A DNA stretch of 32,000 bases from Bacillus subtilis subsp. subtilis str. 168 (GCF_000009045.1 NC_000964.3:3870001-3902000), one strand, 5' to 3'. Positions 23,125 through 31,862 are shown, counted from the first letter of the stretch. Translations and numbers: made by a program. Notes: generated from the sequence alone by a model not told the origin.

Positions 23125-23440
23125 CTACACCTCCTTCTTGGAACTTCACACCTGAAACTATCGTTATCTTATGTTGCTTATGCTCAAGTTGCGCTAGGGA
23201 TACAAACCAATATGCGAAAAGTTTGTGTATGTTTCTGAAAAACAGCGGCTGCCCAGAGCGAAATCTGATCGGTCCGCTGTTCTTTTTCAGCATAATCCAA
23301 GCATCAGCCTCATAAGGTGAAAGAGATAAAAATCGCACCAGCGACTAAGATCGTTTTCCATCGGAGGTGAGTCATCGCGGAGCGTTCACCTATACATCCA
23401 GAACATGTTTTGAATGGTTTTCATAAAAAGGAGGAACGAT

Positions 23441-23986
23441 ATGAAACCGAAAAAAAATCAATATCAGCAAATGCAGGCATTTGATAATATGCAGGGGTAT
23501 CAGCCTCAGTTTGGCGCCAACCCGTACCCGCAGCAAGGCCAAGGCTCACAAATGCAGACAATGGGGATGCAGCCAATGATGCCAATGCAGCAGGGACAGC
23601 AAGGACAACAAGGACAGCAGGGATTTGGATTCCCGGGCCAGCAGCAGGGCGGCGGTTTTCAAATTCCATCGGGGCCTACACCGTCAGGACCGGGCCAAAG
23701 CGTTCCCGGCATGCTGCCTGTTGAGGAATCTTACATCGAGAATATTTTGCGCCTGAATCGGGGAAAAACGGCCACCATTTATATGACATTTGAAAACAGC
23801 AAGGAATGGGGCTCGAAGATTTTTCGCGGCGTCATCGAAGCTGCGGGCCGGGATCACATTATTATCAGCGACCCGAAATCAGGAACACGCTACCTGCTCC
23901 TGACAATCTACCTCGATTACATTACATTTGATGAAGAAATTGCTTATACGTATCCATATTCCATGGCGTCCTATTCGCCAAGATAA
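23441..23986 (+). CDS. gerQ: Spore coat protein GerQ (YwdL), Gln-rich
   Basis: The ATG at 23441 is preceded by AAAGGAGG. The N-terminal about 90 aa are Q/G/P/M-rich, and the C-terminal half is globular. The track's earlier start at 23414 lacks an SD. Confidence 0.9.
   Translation: MKPKKNQYQQMQAFDNMQGYQPQFGANPYPQQGQGSQMQTMGMQPMMPMQQGQQGQQGQQGFGFPGQQQGGGFQIPSGPTPSGPGQSVPGMLPVEESYIENILRLNRGKTATIYMTFENSKEWGSKIFRGVIEAAGRDHIIISDPKSGTRYLLLTIYLDYITFDEEIAYTYPYSMASYSPR
23588..23623 (+). repeat. In-frame 9-bp tandem repeat, (CAR-CAR-GGA) x4, encoding (QQG)4
   Basis: Codons read directly: CAG CAG GGA CAG CAA GGA CAA CAA GGA CAG CAG GGA. Confidence 0.9.
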
Positions 23987-23988
23987 GA

Positions 23989-24027
23989 AAAAAGCCAATC
24001 ACTCATATGATGAGGATTGGCTTTTTT
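23989..24027. terminator. Bidirectional terminator between convergent gerQ and ywdK
   Basis: AAAAAAGCCAATC...GATTGGCTTTTTT. The stem AGCCAATC/GATTGGCT is extended by CTCAT/ATGAG. An A-run lies on one side and a T-run on the other. Confidence 0.8.
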
Positions 24028-24029
24028 GT

Positions 24030-24401
24030 TTATAGATATTTGACGGCTGCGACAACGATCATAATCCAAGAAATAATAAACGCCACACCGCCGAGCGGGG
24101 TGATCGCTCCAAGAATGGAGATTTGCGTCACACTTAGAATATATAAGCTTCCGGAAAACAGCACAATTCCCGCAAACATCAGCCAGCCGGCTGTCGTGAC
24201 ACTGCCTATGCCGGATAATTTATCAGCCAGAAACGCGACAACGAATAACCCAAGGGCGTGATACATATGATACTGCACGCCTGTGTGCCAAACCTGAAGA
24301 TACTTATCAGGTATTTTCCCTTCTAATCCGTGAGCGCCGAATGCTCCGAGTCCCACGGCAAGCAGGGCGTTAATGGCCCCTAATATGATAAAAACTTTCA
24401 T
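24030..24401 (-). CDS. ywdK: Small integral membrane protein (DUF423/UPF0382 type)
   Basis: 123 aa with four hydrophobic helices. ATG at 24401 preceded by GGGAGAG. Confidence 0.8.
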   Translation of the reverse strand: MKVFIILGAINALLAVGLGAFGAHGLEGKIPDKYLQVWHTGVQYHMYHALGLFVVAFLADKLSGIGSVTTAGWLMFAGIVLFSGSLYILSVTQISILGAITPLGGVAFIISWIMIVVAAVKYL

Positions 24402-24462
24402 CTATCTCTCCCGCCTTTTCGTTAAACTCATATCATTTATCTTATCGCACCTGCACCAAAAT

Positions 24463-25785
24463 TCAATGTTTGTTCTCCGTTGACACGAGATTGTCGGATT
24501 TTCTCCTGCGCCAAAGCTGGAACTGGTCAGCTGCTATTGCAGCAAGCGTCCCTAATACGAGCCCGTTGCTTAATAGAGAAATAAATACCGGATGCAATCC
24601 CTTTAACGCAGTTTCAGGAACAAACATGATACCGACCCCTGTCAGCAGTGAGATACCGATGATAGACCTCACCCTTTTTGATTCTTCTTTCTCATATGAA
24701 TCAAATTCGGCAAAGGCCAGACCGCCCATTGCGGAGAACACAACAAAATTCACCGCAAATCCAACGGGTGACGGCAGGCTCGCAAACGTATTCATAAAAA
24801 ACGGGATCACGCTGATCACGATAACCAGAATACTGCCGAGCATAAACGGTTTTTTAGAAGGCATCTTGGTCGTTTCAATAAAACCTGCGGCTCCCGAAAT
24901 CGGAACAGGCGCAATAGCTCCCGTCAAACCGCTAAGCAGATGGCTGAATGAAGCTGCAAAACCGGCATGGCGTTCATGATGCTTTCCATCAGGCTGTTTG
25001 CTGAATTTTTTCATGGCGATGTCCACGACCTTCATGCTCGCCAGCATATTCACGATCAGCAAGATGGTAATAAAAATAGAAGTGATGATCAGGCCGCTGT
25101 TAAATAACGGGGTCCCAAAAGGAAACAGGGAAGGCAGCTGAAACAGCCGGTCCGGCATTTCAATCGGCTTTGCGGCTCCGGCAGCCGCAAACAGCACCCA
25201 CCCGCCGAACAAGGCTAATAAAATAGAATATTGCTTAAAAAACATGATGTTCGAATTTGTCATTATAAAAGCGGCAGCGATCACAACAAGCGCCAGGCCA
25301 AATACAAGACCGTCCACCCCGTCCTGTCGATAACCGATTCCGAGAATTCCTTTTATAATGGGCTGACTCAGCTGCATGACAAGAAGCAATAAATAGACGC
25401 CCGTTACAACCGGAGTAAACAATTTTGCAAGTCTGTCAATGACCTTGAAAACACTTAACAAAAAGAAACATACAGCGCTTACAAGAAGAGCTCCCTGCAA
25501 ACCCCGCAGTGTGTCTCCATATGTCGCAAACACAGTTCCCGTCAGCCCTGCGTAAATCGTATACACTCCCCACCACAAGCCGGCTGGGCTTTCATTGATC
25601 GGCAGTCTGTGGCCTTTCAAACACTGAATGACGGCGGCAATTCCCAGTACAAAAAAAGTGCTTTGAATCAATCTTGCAGAATCTGAGTGATCCAGATGAA
25701 ACGACTGGGCAACCGCCACCGGAACAACAATCGCCGCAGCAATAATAAACGCTGTCCATTGCAGCGCGCCAAGAACCAATTTCAC
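24463..25785 (-). CDS. ywdJ: Putative nucleobase (xanthine/uracil-family) permease
   Basis: 440-aa polytopic protein. GTG start at 25785 preceded by AGAGAGG. The family call comes from recollection, not an HMM search. Confidence 0.72.
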   Translation of the reverse strand: MKLVLGALQWTAFIIAAAIVVPVAVAQSFHLDHSDSARLIQSTFFVLGIAAVIQCLKGHRLPINESPAGLWWGVYTIYAGLTGTVFATYGDTLRGLQGALLVSAVCFFLLSVFKVIDRLAKLFTPVVTGVYLLLLVMQLSQPIIKGILGIGYRQDGVDGLVFGLALVVIAAAFIMTNSNIMFFKQYSILLALFGGWVLFAAAGAAKPIEMPDRLFQLPSLFPFGTPLFNSGLIITSIFITILLIVNMLASMKVVDIAMKKFSKQPDGKHHERHAGFAASFSHLLSGLTGAIAPVPISGAAGFIETTKMPSKKPFMLGSILVIVISVIPFFMNTFASLPSPVGFAVNFVVFSAMGGLAFAEFDSYEKEESKRVRSIIGISLLTGVGIMFVPETALKGLHPVFISLLSNGLVLGTLAAIAADQFQLWRRRKSDNLVSTENKH

Positions 25786-25804
25786 GTAAGCTCAACCTCT
25801 CTCT

Positions 25805-26122
25805 TTAAAAATCAAATAAAGACTCTCCGTTTCCATCCTCTTCCTGCTTCTCTTTTTCTTGCTTTCGATATTTGTTTAATCCCGCGCTCCCCATCATTTT
25901 TTCCATCATCAGCTGGTCTGTCGATGGCGGCGCGGCGGGACTTGGCGTAACGCTCGGCTGTATGCGGGGCGCGCTCGCGTTCTCCGGCTGATCAAGCACG
26001 ACATCACACAGAGAACGGACAACCGCTACATAACGCTTCAGCTCCTCATCCCGTTCAGCCGTTTTTGCTTTTTTTAGCTCTTCTTCCATCTTTTGAATCA
26101 AAGCAGATATATGAATGTTCAT
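25805..26122 (-). CDS. ywdI: Small protein of unknown function (helical N-terminus, Pro/Ser-rich linker, acidic tail)
   Basis: The ATG at 26120..26122 is preceded by GGAGGG. The sequence begins MNIHISALIQKMEEELKKAKTAERDEELKRY. The track's 48-aa upstream extension has no SD. Confidence 0.7.
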   Translation of the reverse strand: MNIHISALIQKMEEELKKAKTAERDEELKRYVAVVRSLCDVVLDQPENASAPRIQPSVTPSPAAPPSTDQLMMEKMMGSAGLNKYRKQEKEKQEEDGNGESLFDF

Positions 26123-26226
26123 GAAGCACCCTCCAAAAAAATAAATGTTGTCTTCCTGCATTTTATCAAATTCCTGCTGAAAACGCAGATATGAGTTTGT
26201 TATTTTTTCTGACAAACCTTGCGCGA

Positions 26227-26256
26227 TTGACAAGCAGAAGAGATTTTTCACATAAT
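26227..26256 (+). promoter_or_regulatory. Sigma-A type promoter for ywdH
   Basis: TTGACA (26227..26232), an 18-nt spacer, then CATAAT (26251..26256). This lies about 35 nt upstream of the ywdH ATG. Confidence 0.5.
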
Positions 26257-26289
26257 AAATCACCATACCTTACAAAAAGGAGAAACGGA

Positions 26290-27660
26290 ATGAACAGCAT
26301 CCCCTCTATCATCAGCAAGCATAAAGCCTATTTTGCGGCGGGACATACGAGACCGCTTGAATCGAGACTGAACATTTTGCGAAAGCTGAAACAAGCCGTC
26401 AGAACTCATGAAGCCGATCTCATAGCCGCTCTCTACCAGGATCTCCATAAATCCGAGCAAGAAGCATACTCAACAGAAATCGGAATCGTCTTGGAGGAAA
26501 TCAGCTTTGTCATGAAACGGCTGAGAAAATGGTCCAAGCCGAAACGAGTCAAAACGCCGTTGACTCATCTAGGCTCCAAAAGCATCATCATCCCTGAGCC
26601 GTATGGAACCGTTTTGGTGATTGCGCCTTGGAACTATCCCTTGCAGCTGGCGCTTTCTCCGTTGATTGGCGCCATTGCGGCGGGGAACACGGTCGTTCTC
26701 AAGCCATCAGAATATACGCCGGCTGTTTCTGCTATTCTTTCCAAACTCATCAGCAGCGTTTTTCCAACTGATTATGTCGCTATGGCAGAAGGCGGGCCCG
26801 ATGTCAGCACAGCATTATTACAGCAGCCCTTTGACTACATTTTCTTTACCGGCAGTGTAGCTGTAGGAAAAATCGTCATGGAGGCCGCCGCCAAACAATT
26901 AATTCCCGTAACCTTGGAGCTCGGCGGCAAAAGTCCCTGCATCGTCCATAAAGATGCTGACATTCAGCTTGCCGCCAAACGCATCGTCTTCGGGAAATTT
27001 ACAAATGCGGGACAAACCTGCATCGCACCGGATTATTTATTTGTCCACGAGGACATCAAAACGAAGCTCACAGAAGAAATGAAGCGTGCGATCAGAGAAT
27101 TTTACGGCCCTCAGCCGGAACGGAATCCACAGTACGGCAAAATCGTCAGTGAGCGCCACTATCAGCGGCTGCTCAGCTTTCTGAATGATGGCATCCCGCT
27201 CACAGGCGGACAATCTGATCCCAATCATCACAAAATTGCGCCGACCATTCTCGAACAAGTGAGAGATGACTCTCCAGTGATGCAGGAGGAGATTTTCGGG
27301 CCGATTCTTCCGCTCTTTACATACCGCAATATCGGGGAAGTCATTGAGAAAGTCCAATCGCGCCCTAAGCCGCTCGCCCTGTATCTCTTCACCACAAACA
27401 AAGAAATTGAGCGCGCTGTTTTAGGAAATCTGTCGTTTGGCGGGGGCTGTGTCAATGATACGTTAATGCATGTTGCGACGCCGTATTTGCCATTCGGCGG
27501 CGTCGGGGAAAGCGGCATCGGCAGCTATCACGGGTTTGACAGTTTTAACACATTCACGCACAAAAAAAGCGTCGTCAAACAAACGAACCGTTTCGACTTC
27601 GCATTTCGTTATCCTTCCTCCAAAAACGGGCTGCGAATGATTCGAAAAATACTCAAATAA
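26290..27660 (+). CDS. ywdH: Aldehyde dehydrogenase (ALDH3-like)
   Basis: ELGGKSP and GQTCIAPDY (catalytic Cys) motifs. The ATG at 26290 is preceded by AAAAGGAGA. 456 aa. Confidence 0.9.
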
Positions 27661-27686
27661 AAAAGCGCAGATCACCTGCGCTTTTT
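27657..27686. terminator. Bidirectional terminator between convergent ywdH and ung
   Basis: AAAAAAGCGCAG-ATCAC-CTGCGCTTTTT. The stem is GCGCAG/CTGCGC (27665..27670 and 27676..27681), flanked by an A-run and a T-run. The ung stop codon (27685..27687) lies in the T-run. Confidence 0.78.
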
Positions 27687-28362
27687 ACAAATCCTTAATA
27701 CACCAATCAATCGGCGCCTCTCCCATTTTCTCCAAATAGGCATTCGCCCGGGAAAACGGTCTGCTCCCGAAAAATCCGTTTCTCGCAGAAAACGGGCTGG
27801 GATGCGTCGATTCAATGATAAAATGCTTGGAGGTGTCGATCCGTTCTTTTTTCATTTGAGCATGCCGTCCCCACAAAATAAAGATAACCGGCCGCTCTCT
27901 TTCACTCAGCACGTCAATAATTCGGTCCGTCAGTCGCTCCCAGCCTTTTCCCTTATGGGAATTCGCCTGTCCGCGCCTTACTGTCAGCACAGTATTCAGC
28001 AAAAGAACGCCTTGCTTTGCCCAGCTCACAAGCGACCCGTGATTCGGGATGCTGCACCCGATGTCCTGCTGCAGCTCAAGAAAGATATTTTTTAACGAAG
28101 GCGGCTGCTTTACACCGGGCTTGACAGAGAAGCTTAAACCTTGAGCCTGTCCCGGCCCGTGATACGGATCTTGACCCAAAATGACGACCTTGACATCATC
28201 ATATGATGTATAATGCAGCGCGTTGAAAATATCCCGGCTGTCCGGATAAATCGTTTGCTCCGCGTATTCCCTCTTCAGCATCTCTCTGAGCTCTTGATAA
28301 TACGGTTTCTCAAACTCTTCCTTTAGCTGATTCCACCAGCTGTCTTGTAAAAGCTGTTTCAA
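27685..28362 (-). CDS. ung: Uracil-DNA glycosylase (family 1)
   Basis: GQDPYH and HPSPFS signature motifs. 225 aa. TTG start at 28362 preceded by AAGGAGG. Confidence 0.95.
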   Translation of the reverse strand: MKQLLQDSWWNQLKEEFEKPYYQELREMLKREYAEQTIYPDSRDIFNALHYTSYDDVKVVILGQDPYHGPGQAQGLSFSVKPGVKQPPSLKNIFLELQQDIGCSIPNHGSLVSWAKQGVLLLNTVLTVRRGQANSHKGKGWERLTDRIIDVLSERERPVIFILWGRHAQMKKERIDTSKHFIIESTHPSPFSARNGFFGSRPFSRANAYLEKMGEAPIDWCIKDL

Positions 28363-28375
28363 GATTCAGGCCTCC

Positions 28376-29182
28376 TTACGAACGATGAAGTCTGGAATAG
28401 ACAGGCTCGCCATCCCAAACCATTTCACTTTTTGCTTCCCGCCTCTTCATCTCAGGCTCTTCAAGCAGGACGGCAAAGTTTTTCGTCGGCAGCTCCCCGA
28501 GTCCGTGCTTTTCACTTAAACGATCCAAATATTGCTTCCGCTTGGCGCCAAGGTCAGCAGACTGATTGTCTCCCGCGTCACTGAAGGCATAAATCACGCT
28601 GGCGCAAGGGACACGCTTCACCCGGTAATCCTTGGCCGCGCGCAAATAAAAATCCCAGTCCCAGTAATTGTGCACATCAGCATCGAAATACCCGATTTCA
28701 TCATGCAGAAAACGTCTGTACATGCTGCCCGACGGCACGTATGTAGAAAACACTCTCATATCCTCATAGTCAGCGGTATAAGCAAACAATTTCCGTGACA
28801 CTGGATACCTTGTTCCGTTTTTCTCTTCAAACGAAACTATTTCCGCATCAGAATGAACGAAGTCTGCCGTTTCTATTTCCTTTGCCATTTTCTCGATATG
28901 CCCTGGCGTAAAGAAATCATCGTCATCACACAGCATAATGCAATCCCCAGACGCCTCTTTTACACCGGCATTTCTCGCAGCCACATGCCCCGAGTTCTTT
29001 TCTAAATTGATGACAGCAATCGGCAGCTCCGGATAAAGTGCTTTGACCGGCACGACCGATTCCCCGGCATCATTCACAATAATAATTTCATACGGCATCA
29101 AGGTCTGGCGGGAAATCGACTCCAAAAGCTCACACAAAGCCGGAATCCGATTATAGGTCACAATTACGATAGAAATCTTCAT
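28376..29182 (-). CDS. ywdF: GT2-family glycosyltransferase, acceptor unknown
   Basis: ISIVIVTYNR, IIIVNDAG and CDDDD motifs. The ATG at 29182 is preceded by AAGGAGA. The track's 69-aa upstream extension overlaps ywdE and has no SD. Confidence 0.85.
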   Translation of the reverse strand: MKISIVIVTYNRIPALCELLESISRQTLMPYEIIIVNDAGESVVPVKALYPELPIAVINLEKNSGHVAARNAGVKEASGDCIMLCDDDDFFTPGHIEKMAKEIETADFVHSDAEIVSFEEKNGTRYPVSRKLFAYTADYEDMRVFSTYVPSGSMYRRFLHDEIGYFDADVHNYWDWDFYLRAAKDYRVKRVPCASVIYAFSDAGDNQSADLGAKRKQYLDRLSEKHGLGELPTKNFAVLLEEPEMKRREAKSEMVWDGEPVYSRLHRS

Positions 29183-29271
29183 GATGCTCTCCTTCTCATT
29201 TTCATAGTCATGTACTATTAAAACATATATTGGACGGGAGATCAGTGGGAATATCCTACTGAAACGGCATA

Positions 29272-29805
29272 CTACAATGATAGAAACAGCAAAGTGGCTC
29301 CGATCAGAAGCACCATGATCAGCATCAGATCTCCAAAGACATGAAAGATATCTTTCATGCGGACGCCATTCGGAAGGATAAGACGCCACAGCTTAGATTG
29401 ATAGACCGGCAGCAGCACCAGTGCATAAGAAAGACACAAAAATGTAAAAGCCGGCGGCACAAAAGCACAGCCTGCATCGTCCCAATTCATCATGATGTCT
29501 TTCATACTAGATCCATCCAATAAAAACAAAGATATCATGAGGGCTAGCAACACAAAGGACCCCAATTGAACCTCAAACAGGCGCATTTTCTGGTTATATG
29601 CAAATCGGACCGCCCAAAACCAGACATAAGCATATGAACATAGCAGCGTAAGAATGGCACCTGCTGTAAAGACGACATCAGGCAGCCGATCAAGCAGAAA
29701 AACAAAAGGCAAGCTGGCTGCCATAGCCAAGAGCATGCAGCCACCAGTAAACAAAAATACTGCCCCATGAGCTACAAAACCATATAAACAAGAGCTAATC
29801 CTCAC
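29272..29805 (-). CDS. ywdE: Polytopic membrane protein of unknown function
   Basis: About 5 hydrophobic helices. The track start GTG at 29814 abuts the AAGGAGG SD. An in-frame GTG at 29805 sits 8 nt after the SD, giving 177 aa. Confidence 0.7.
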
Positions 29806-29820
29806 GACATACACCTCCTT

Positions 29821-29839
29821 TACATAGAAATTCTATGTA
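29821..29839. repeat. Perfect 19-bp palindrome TACATAGAA-A-TTCTATGTA, directly upstream of the ywdE SD
   Basis: Read directly: 9-bp arms around a single central base, in the 47-nt gap between the ywdD stop (29853) and the ywdE start. Confidence 0.9.
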
Positions 29840-29852
29840 TATACCTAAAAAA

Positions 29853-30488
29853 TCAGACAAGCTGACGCCTGCCAATATAACAGCCCATTCGGCCAAATAA
29901 CGGAAATAACAGCGTTGCAAAAGCACAAGTTCCAACAAACCAAGGTGTCAACAAGGATTGAAACAGCGCAGCAGGAATTACATTGAATAGAAAAACAAGC
30001 ATAAAAATGACGTTTGGCACCATTGAGATCAGAATCGTATGTAGAACAAGCTTTTCTCCGCGTTTTCCAAACTCCTTCACGCCTTGATACCCAATCAGCA
30101 CCCAGTAGATCATATATGCAGCTAAGATCAGCCAAACAGAAACAGAAATGCCTTTCCATACTGCTTGAACAAACGGTGATTCAAGCCATACATGCATTAT
30201 TGTAATCGCAATGCCGACAGCGAATAGGGCACTGTTACAGAAAAGATGGAACATCAAAAACGCACGAAACGTTACTGGCTGTATTTTCTTAAACGAAGAA
30301 ACAATGTCAGTTGGTGTTCCAAACGCCTGCAATAAAGTCTGCATAGCTTCCTCCTCACTCTTTCCTTCCTGAAAAGAGCGAAACAGATGATGTTCAATAT
30401 GGCTCTCAATCTCTTCTATCATCGCCTCACCCTCAGGAAGCCCTTTAAGCCCGCTTTTGATTTCGGATACATATGTTTCTTTATCCAT
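29853..30488 (-). CDS. ywdD: Membrane protein with an N-terminal DUF1700/HAAS-like helical domain
   Basis: The N-terminal about 70 aa (..[55 protein letters not shown]) resemble DUF1700. They are followed by 4-5 TM helices. The ATG at 30488 overlaps the ywzG stop by 8 nt. Confidence 0.78.
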
Positions 30489-30819
30489 TTTGTCCGCTCC
30501 ACTTCAGTATTCGGTCCATCATGGCTGAAAATACGCTCCATTCCTTCGTGCGTTCCGCCAGCACTTCTTTGCCCTCGTCTGTAATCCGGTAATATTTGCG
30601 GTCCGGTCCTTTCTCCTGCTTCTCCCAGTAGGAAGAAATATACCCTTGGCGTTCAAGCTTGTGAAGAGAAGGATACAAGGTCCCTTCTTTCATCTGCAGT
30701 TCATTTCCGCTGCGGCTTCCCATTTCTTTTACAAGCTCATAGCCGTACATCGGCCGCTCGTTCAGAAGCGTCAATACCAATATAACCGTGCTTCCCTTAA
30801 CCAGCTCACGATTTAACAT
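30481..30819 (-). CDS. ywzG: PadR-family winged-helix transcriptional regulator (short subfamily)
   Basis: Hallmark segments: [39 protein letters not shown]. 112 aa. GGTAGGGG SD before the ATG at 30819. The gene symbol is from memory. Confidence 0.85.
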
Positions 30820-30962
30820 CTCAAAACCCCTACCTAGTTTTCTTATGTAGCATTTTACGAAAGCCCGTTGAGATTGTCAAATGATTCCTATAGATCTTCT
30901 ATATTGTGATACAGAGAAAATCTAACTATAATGAAAGACAAAACATGATGGAGGTTCAAGAC

Positions 30963-31778
30963 ATGTCTATGCATAAAGCACTCACCATTGCCGGCTCAGA
31001 TTCCAGCGGCGGTGCTGGGATTCAAGCTGATTTAAAAACATTTCAAGAAAAAAACGTATACGGGATGACCGCCTTAACGGTGATCGTTGCGATGGACCCA
31101 AACAACAGCTGGAACCATCAGGTATTCCCGATCGATACTGATACAATCCGCGCCCAGCTTGCAACAATTACGGACGGCATCGGCGTGGACGCCATGAAAA
31201 CAGGAATGCTGCCAACCGTTGACATTATCGAGCTTGCGGCAAAAACGATCAAAGAAAAACAATTAAAAAATGTGGTAATTGACCCGGTTATGGTTTGCAA
31301 AGGTGCTAATGAAGTCCTTTATCCGGAGCACGCCCAAGCCCTGCGTGAGCAATTGGCTCCGCTAGCCACTGTCATTACGCCAAACTTGTTTGAAGCCAGC
31401 CAGCTCAGCGGCATGGATGAACTAAAAACAGTTGACGATATGATCGAAGCCGCGAAAAAAATTCACGCACTCGGCGCTCAATATGTCGTCATTACAGGCG
31501 GAGGCAAACTCAAACACGAGAAAGCCGTTGATGTTCTCTATGACGGAGAAACAGCGGAAGTCCTTGAAAGCGAAATGATCGATACGCCTTATACACATGG
31601 CGCAGGCTGTACATTCTCAGCAGCCGTGACAGCGGAGCTTGCCAAAGGTGCGGAAGTCAAAGAAGCCATTTACGCAGCGAAAGAATTCATCACAGCGGCC
31701 ATTAAAGAATCCTTCCCGCTAAACCAGTATGTTGGTCCTACGAAGCATTCTGCACTGCGCCTGAATCAACAATCATAA
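30963..31778 (+). CDS. pdxK: Pyridoxine/pyridoxal/pyridoxamine kinase (ThiD/HMP-P kinase family)
   Basis: ALTIAGSDSSGGAGIQADLKTF and GAGCTFSAA motifs. The ATG at 30963 is preceded by GATGGAGG. 271 aa. Confidence 0.9.
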   Translation: MSMHKALTIAGSDSSGGAGIQADLKTFQEKNVYGMTALTVIVAMDPNNSWNHQVFPIDTDTIRAQLATITDGIGVDAMKTGMLPTVDIIELAAKTIKEKQLKNVVIDPVMVCKGANEVLYPEHAQALREQLAPLATVITPNLFEASQLSGMDELKTVDDMIEAAKKIHALGAQYVVITGGGKLKHEKAVDVLYDGETAEVLESEMIDTPYTHGAGCTFSAAVTAELAKGAEVKEAIYAAKEFITAAIKESFPLNQYVGPTKHSALRLNQQS

Positions 31779-31784
31779 AAAAAG

Positions 31785-31814
31785 GGGCTGCCTTACAGAG
31801 AGGCAGCCCTTTTT
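31785..31814 (+). terminator. Rho-independent terminator of pdxK
   Basis: Stem GGGCTGCCT/AGGCAGCCC (31785..31793 and 31801..31809), a 7-nt loop, then TTTTT. Confidence 0.82.
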
Positions 31815-31836
31815 AAATCACCGAAGACTTTTCACA

Positions 31837-31862
31837 GAAAAAACTGCCGATCCCATCGGCAG
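31837..31862 (-). terminator. Rho-independent terminator of the minus-strand gene at the right edge
   Basis: Stem CTGCCGAT/ATCGGCAG (31844..31851 and 31855..31862) with a 3-nt loop, followed on the minus strand by seven T (A-run at 31837..31843). Confidence 0.75.

Noticed and set aside
24470-24979. 169-aa plus-strand ORF antisense to ywdJ
   Set aside because: It is the shadow frame of a hydrophobic permease gene and has no translation signals.
29183-29389. 69-codon N-terminal extension of ywdF in the track. Similar extensions exist for spsJ (15240..15326), spsL (13435..13509), spsE, rocA, ywdI (26123..26266), ywdH (26191..26289), gerQ and pdxK.
   Set aside because: In each case a downstream start has a canonical SD at 5-10 nt and gives the length I recall for the B. 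subtilis protein. The extensions overlap neighbouring genes or promoters and lack SDs.
29845-30159. 104-aa alternative-frame minus-strand ORF inside ywdD. A further ORF at 29544..29768 lies inside ywdE.
   Set aside because: Both are out of frame within better-supported membrane-protein genes. They are Cys-rich with odd composition and have no SD.
30845-30860. Candidate PadR operator ATGT-N8-ACGA in the ywzG/pdxK divergent region
   Set aside because: Only one half-site matches ATGT-N8-ACAT, which is too weak to call as a feature. It is mentioned only as a test target in the ywzG finding.
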